From Parcubacteria group bacterium (lineage in GTDB: Bacteria; Patescibacteriota; Minisyncoccia; Moranbacterales; GCA-2747515), in assembly GCA_041660065.1 (NCBI GenBank), contig JBAZXC010000002.1, forward strand, positions 102,866 to 166,865: a stretch of DNA of 64,000 bases, given 5' to 3'. The translations under genes and the position numbers were made by a program. The notes beneath the pieces are model-generated. The model had not been told where the DNA came from, did not search any database, and worked only from the letters and a program-made list of their open reading frames with translations. Shown here piece after piece: positions 59,630 through 64,000 of this stretch. Each line of letters opens with the position of its first letter. The stretch's first letter is position 1.

Positions 59630-60289
59630 CTATTTTTCTTTTTTCTCTTCTTCTACCACCTTATCAGCCACACCTTCGATCTTTGAGACATCAGCATCCA
59701 CTTCCGTATTGAGGGATGCAAGCTCTTCCTCAGATCGCGGTTCAGAAACCATTGCAATGATTGTTTCCGGATCAGCCAATATGTGCACCTTATCACCAAG
59801 TGTGAGATCACCGACCGTGATATGATCGTCAAATGTTTTTAACGTCTCAAGATTTACCTCAATTTCATGTGGCAAATCTGCAGGCAGTGCGCGAACCTCT
59901 AGTTCATCGAGCGTCTTGACCAATGTGCCGCCCAATTCCTTTACTGCCGGTGCGATACCCACAAATACAAGCGACACACCTGTTTCAACTTCCTCTTTCA
60001 TATTGAGGACATACAAGTCGATATGTGTAAGCACGCCCGATACCGGATTGTTCTGATAGTCGTAAATCAACACATTGACCGGTTTTTTTTCTCCATCAAT
60101 TTCCAATGTTACCACTGTACTCATACCAGCCTGTGCAAACACGCGCGCAAACTCCACGCTATCGATCCATATACTCTGCGCTTTCACGCCATCGCCATAC
60201 ACCACTGCCGGAATATTTGTCCCAGCCTCCGCACGCATCTTTTTACCGGTCTGCTCACGTTTTTTTGCCTTCAATGTGATCTTTTCCAT
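59630..60289 (-). CDS. rplY: 50S ribosomal protein L25/Ctc
   Basis: IPAVVYG, THIDLY, ALPADLPHEIEV. Confidence 0.95.
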   Translation of the reverse strand: MEKITLKAKKREQTGKKMRAEAGTNIPAVVYGDGVKAQSIWIDSVEFARVFAQAGMSTVVTLEIDGEKKPVNVLIYDYQNNPVSGVLTHIDLYVLNMKEEVETGVSLVFVGIAPAVKELGGTLVKTLDELEVRALPADLPHEIEVNLETLKTFDDHITVGDLTLGDKVHILADPETIIAMVSEPRSEEELASLNTEVDADVSKIEGVADKVVEEEKKEK

Positions 60290-60316
60290 ATCATGTAGAA
60301 ATAATTATTCTTAAAC

Positions 60317-60640
60317 TTAAAACATTTCACTCGTATATCCGTCAAATCGATTGAGATAATCATGTACAGCGATCACATCATTATCCGAAACCGTTTTTGC
60401 ATCAAAAAAACTTTTTGCCTCCAATGGTGTTGCGTCCGTCAGAACGCCAACCGTCATCATTCCCGTATCATTTTGCGATACAAAGATCATCGCCGCACCG
60501 GCGCATTTTGCGCATGAAATATGCAAGATTGTACGGTCTTCATCATGGCCAAGTGGCATATACGACAAATGATCGCGCGATGCTCCGCACACCGGACACT
60601 TTTGTGGAATTACACGGTCATGGTCTCGTGAAAAGTTCAT
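60317..60640 (-). CDS. zinc-ribbon hypothetical protein
   Basis: CPVC ... HISCAKC. Confidence 0.7.
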   Translation of the reverse strand: MNFSRDHDRVIPQKCPVCGASRDHLSYMPLGHDEDRTILHISCAKCAGAAMIFVSQNDTGMMTVGVLTDATPLEAKSFFDAKTVSDNDVIAVHDYLNRFDGYTSEMF

Positions 60641-60797
60641 ATAGGTTGTATGCTACTACAAAAAAGAAAAAATTGCAAGATAAACACTCTGCCACATCTC
60701 TCAGTCTTCATTATGACAAAGATCAGCACTTCGTCAAGCTGTGCATCCTGAACCGTGCTCTATACTCCACTCAAGGACAGTCTTCAATTCACTCTTT

Positions 60798-61538
60798 TTA
60801 TAAATGATCCCAAATAAACTGAAACCAGATACGATAGTTTTCAGCCAATTCTTTGTTTTTCATGACAAAGATCGTGCCTCCCTCTCCAAAGTTTCCCACG
60901 CCCACACTATTAAATGTAACCACATAATCACCGAATATATCACAAACGCCCGGCGTGGAATATTTTTTAGGTAAAATTTTATAGGCACCGCCAACCTTCC
61001 TGATCGCCTCGGGCATTTGTTCTTTCACCCGGTGATCAAAAATTGTACGGTACTTCACTTTTTTCTTTTTCATCTCTTTCTTGAAATTGTCGAGAAAATA
61101 ACTAGGGATATTTGGCGTAAACCATAGCGCCTTGGCTCCCAAAAAATCGACGGGCTCACCAACGCGCACCAAATCTCGCATATAATTTTTATACCCTTCC
61201 ACGCCTTTATAGATAAATGCGATTTCTTCTGTCGGTTTTTTGCCATACGCCTCTCTCAACTGTGGCAAGATCTTTTCTATCTCAGTTTCTTTTTCATGGA
61301 CAATTTCCAACAATTTGTCCGGATTGACGGCGCTATAGATATTTTCCCCTGCTTGAAAGATCTGAAAAACCAAACCTTTTTCAAGAAGACGATTCAGAGA
61401 ATCATAAATATTTCTCCGATGAACATTGCTTTTTTTGGCAATGTGAGAAACAGAGGATTTTCCCAGATGGATCAGGGCTTCATAGATCTTCGCTTCATTC
61501 GGAGAAAGTCCGATTTTTTCCAGACTATTTTCGTACAT
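60798..61538 (-). CDS. TrmB-family transcriptional regulator
   Basis: LEKIGLSPNEAKIYEAL..IYDSLNRLLEKGLV wHTH; YKGVEG. Confidence 0.88.
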   Translation of the reverse strand: MYENSLEKIGLSPNEAKIYEALIHLGKSSVSHIAKKSNVHRRNIYDSLNRLLEKGLVFQIFQAGENIYSAVNPDKLLEIVHEKETEIEKILPQLREAYGKKPTEEIAFIYKGVEGYKNYMRDLVRVGEPVDFLGAKALWFTPNIPSYFLDNFKKEMKKKKVKYRTIFDHRVKEQMPEAIRKVGGAYKILPKKYSTPGVCDIFGDYVVTFNSVGVGNFGEGGTIFVMKNKELAENYRIWFQFIWDHL

Positions 61539-61697
61539 ACGTTTGACTAAATTATTATATGGTGATAGTTACCACCTCATGGGATAGTTGACCACTCTTT
61601 ATATATAAATAATAATAAACTTAGTGTTTCATGTCAACTAAACTGTTTCGATGTTTCACAAATCCCAAAAAGTGCCTGTCGGCAAAAGGAGGAAATT

Positions 61698-62240
61698 ATG
61701 TTCTTTCAGTCAATTCTATACATAGTCTTCATATCTATTGGATATTCCGCTCCAATTACGGAACCTGTTATCCTAATGTCAATGGGAATGCTACTCTTGG
61801 GAGTAGTATGTGCGTCCCTAATAATCCCATTTGGTGGTTTGGACAAAAAAACGGAACATATTTCTGAATCAGTGTTGCTATATGGTCCAATTTCTTTTAT
61901 CGGTTGGCACATTGGAAATACTGCTGCCTTTATAGGTCATGAGTTTGACCCAGCTATCCTTGGTTCAACTACGTTTGTTGCCATAATATTGCTGTCCTTT
62001 TGGAGAACTTCCTATCATAGTAGAGAATACCGATTCAGTAATTTTCTACCCATCAGCAACAAACTTCCGACTACAACAAAAGTTGTTGTTAGTCTAAGGA
62101 TTCGTAAGCTTTCTACCTTAGCCGATAAGATAGTCGTGGCTATAGCGGAAAATAATCCCCTACCAACAGATTTATTAAAAGAGGCGGGAGTTACAGAAAA
62201 AGAAATGGACGAGATGAAAAAAGAATTGTCTAACGAATAA
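61698..62240 (+). CDS. hypothetical membrane protein
   Basis: AAGGAGG SD, four hydrophobic segments, and a terminator at about 62265-62306. Confidence 0.65.
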   Translation: MFFQSILYIVFISIGYSAPITEPVILMSMGMLLLGVVCASLIIPFGGLDKKTEHISESVLLYGPISFIGWHIGNTAAFIGHEFDPAILGSTTFVAIILLSFWRTSYHSREYRFSNFLPISNKLPTTTKVVVSLRIRKLSTLADKIVVAIAENNPLPTDLLKEAGVTEKEMDEMKKELSNE

Positions 62241-62510
62241 CTCCTAACAAGGACGATTTACCATAAGCCATGTGACTCCGCATATTCAGTTTCACATGGC
62301 TTTTTTAATCTTCGGAAATCCTCATGAAACAAAAAATGGTTTGCAATGACCATCCTTGCAAATACCGATACGTAGATTTGGAACTTTGTACTAAAATAAA
62401 TGCAATAATATTTTGAAAGAATATGAGTTGAACTGGATATAAAAAAGCCACCATATACAATTTTGGTGGCTATTATGCAATATACAAAATAAAAGCAATG
62501 AGGAAAATTA

Positions 62511-62846
62511 CTACTCTATGACCTCCACTTTTCGACGTCCTCTGGCCCTGCGAATCGTGCCTTCGACGAAATTTTCGCCAAATGTATCAGGAATTATTCC
62601 GCAGTAAAATCCATCCTCTAACCATATTTCAAAATGATCTTCTTGACCAGGGGGATCAGCACATACATCCTTACAGATACCTTCTGTAGGAAGGAAAATC
62701 GAGTCCTTGTGAGTTATGCGAACTTTTTTACCGATGAAAAATCTCATTTTTGTTTCTTTGCTGGAATTTGTCACTGGTCTATTCCTCCTTTGAAATAATT
62801 TAAGTAATTTATACAGACCGGCAAAAAAAATAATCAGCATTCTCAA
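62511..62846 (-). CDS. hypothetical protein (start uncertain)
   Basis: ORF followed by a terminator hairpin at about 62441-62471. Confidence 0.45.
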   Translation of the reverse strand: MRMLIIFFAGLYKLLKLFQRRNRPVTNSSKETKMRFFIGKKVRITHKDSIFLPTEGICKDVCADPPGQEDHFEIWLEDGFYCGIIPDTFGENFVEGTIRRARGRRKVEVIE

Positions 62847-63079
62847 TTATTTAACCGCCAGTTTGTGATTTATGTTGTAAATGAACCAACGAAATAGCAT
62901 AGCACAATTCTACAGTCTTGTCAAGTTCTGGCTTCACCTACTGAACAAACTTAGAACTTTTGATTGGATAGAATTTGAAATAACTTTAGCAAAATTAAAA
63001 TGTACTTTTTTTATAAAAATAAAAGCTACCCCTTGGAAATCCCATGGGGTAGCTCTGAACTCATTAATTAATTGATTTT

Positions 63080-63703
63080 TTAGGCGGCAGTTATCCTTAC
63101 AGGCAAGAATGTTCTTGAATTATCTTTAAACATTCTTACCACCTCCTTGAATAAAAAAAGATTTTTGCCTGTCTTCGGCAAATTATCTAAAGAGACTTTC
63201 AAATCGTCATCTTGAATCACGAGGACTTTTAGAATGCGCCTCCGCTTATCCTCTGAACGATCATTTACCATGACAACCCAGCATTTCTTTTCCTTAAATG
63301 GAAACCCAAGCGCCCTCTTGATTTCTCCGATAGAGCATTTCGCAGCAATGCGATCCCTAAAGGGAGCCAGAGCTGCGTAGGCGTATTCCTCAAAATCTAC
63401 AACGGGTTTCGCTCTTGCCGATCTAAAGACTACTCTCCAGAAAAGAAAACGATTGTCATATGCTTTCTTCAAAAAAACCGGACCTTCAATAGTCCGAAAA
63501 TGAAGAGCATCTGACCCTGACTTCCCTGGATTATCGTTTCTGGTGAAATACACCAGCTCAATATTTACTCGTCCGAAGTTACGCTTCGTGAGAAATAAGA
63601 AAATATCGATTGAGAAGTAAAACAGAAAGAATATAATGGCTGATGCCAGTCCAATGACAAACCTCCCGGGAAAAGCCACTAAGAAATCAGATATACTAGC
63701 CAT
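63080..63703 (-). CDS. hypothetical membrane-anchored protein
   Basis: GGAGG SD before ATG 63703, N-terminal TM, and a terminator hairpin AGCTACCCC..GGGGTAGCT at about 63023-63054. Confidence 0.65.
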   Translation of the reverse strand: MASISDFLVAFPGRFVIGLASAIIFFLFYFSIDIFLFLTKRNFGRVNIELVYFTRNDNPGKSGSDALHFRTIEGPVFLKKAYDNRFLFWRVVFRSARAKPVVDFEEYAYAALAPFRDRIAAKCSIGEIKRALGFPFKEKKCWVVMVNDRSEDKRRRILKVLVIQDDDLKVSLDNLPKTGKNLFLFKEVVRMFKDNSRTFLPVRITAA

Positions 63704-64000
63704 ATCACCCTCCAAGTAATATTGGTTAATGGATCAATTATCATAGATTGTCAAAAAACTGCGATATTAAACAATAGCATTGTAATATTTATCAGTCAAC
63801 ATCAATCAATATCAAAAGGCGCTAATGAACCTTAAGGTTATGATGATCGTTTGGCAGGACAGCTTTCGAACTTTTGAGTGGCTTAAAGGTTTGCCAGATC
63901 CACCGACGATTATTAAGCAGATAGGTCAACTTTTAGAATTAATATAAAAAAAGCGCCGTACCAATAGGTCGTGCGCCTCATAGAAATTTTTGATGCTGAG

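Noticed and set aside
63830-63920. c-di-GMP-type riboswitch in a hairpin-rich segment
   Set aside because: Only GGCAAAC matches; the rest of the consensus is missing and the context is cut by the window end.
61600-64000. Integron cassette array or prophage
   Set aside because: The ORFans have mixed orientation and ordinary terminators; no attC pattern, integrase or phage genes were seen.

Overview
A 64-kb bacterial chromosome segment (standard code 11). The gene content and style suggest a Patescibacteria/CPR (Parcubacteria-like) organism; this is inferred from the short ProRS, mini-TsaB, DUF5663-like protein, GT39 pair, CPYG-type DsbA-like protein and many ORFans. Housekeeping genes are rpoC (partial), rpoB, proS, smpB+ssrA, infC-rpmI-rplT, uvrA, holB, mreB, murA, rplY and an ftsQ-like gene. 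Accessory modules are a lone leuA-like gene with an unannotated Leu-rich leader peptide and terminator, an ApbE/ferric-reductase-like cluster, an isoprenoid/Fe-S cluster (dxs, sufS-sufU-sufT, ispG, isopentenyl-phosphate kinase, Nudix-like), and a VirD4/HerA-like ATPase behind two large paralogous membrane proteins. The most striking non-coding structure is a set of palindromic elements. A small GIY-YIG nuclease gene is bracketed by inverted REP-like palindromes, and an empty doublet of the same design lies 11 kb away. The nuclease gene is itself interrupted by a 164-bp hairpin element, and a 48-bp palindromic tandem repeat next to it supplies the stop codon of ispG. No rRNA, tRNA, CRISPR array, transposase or prophage was seen. 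All calls come from reading motifs by eye; no database searches were run.
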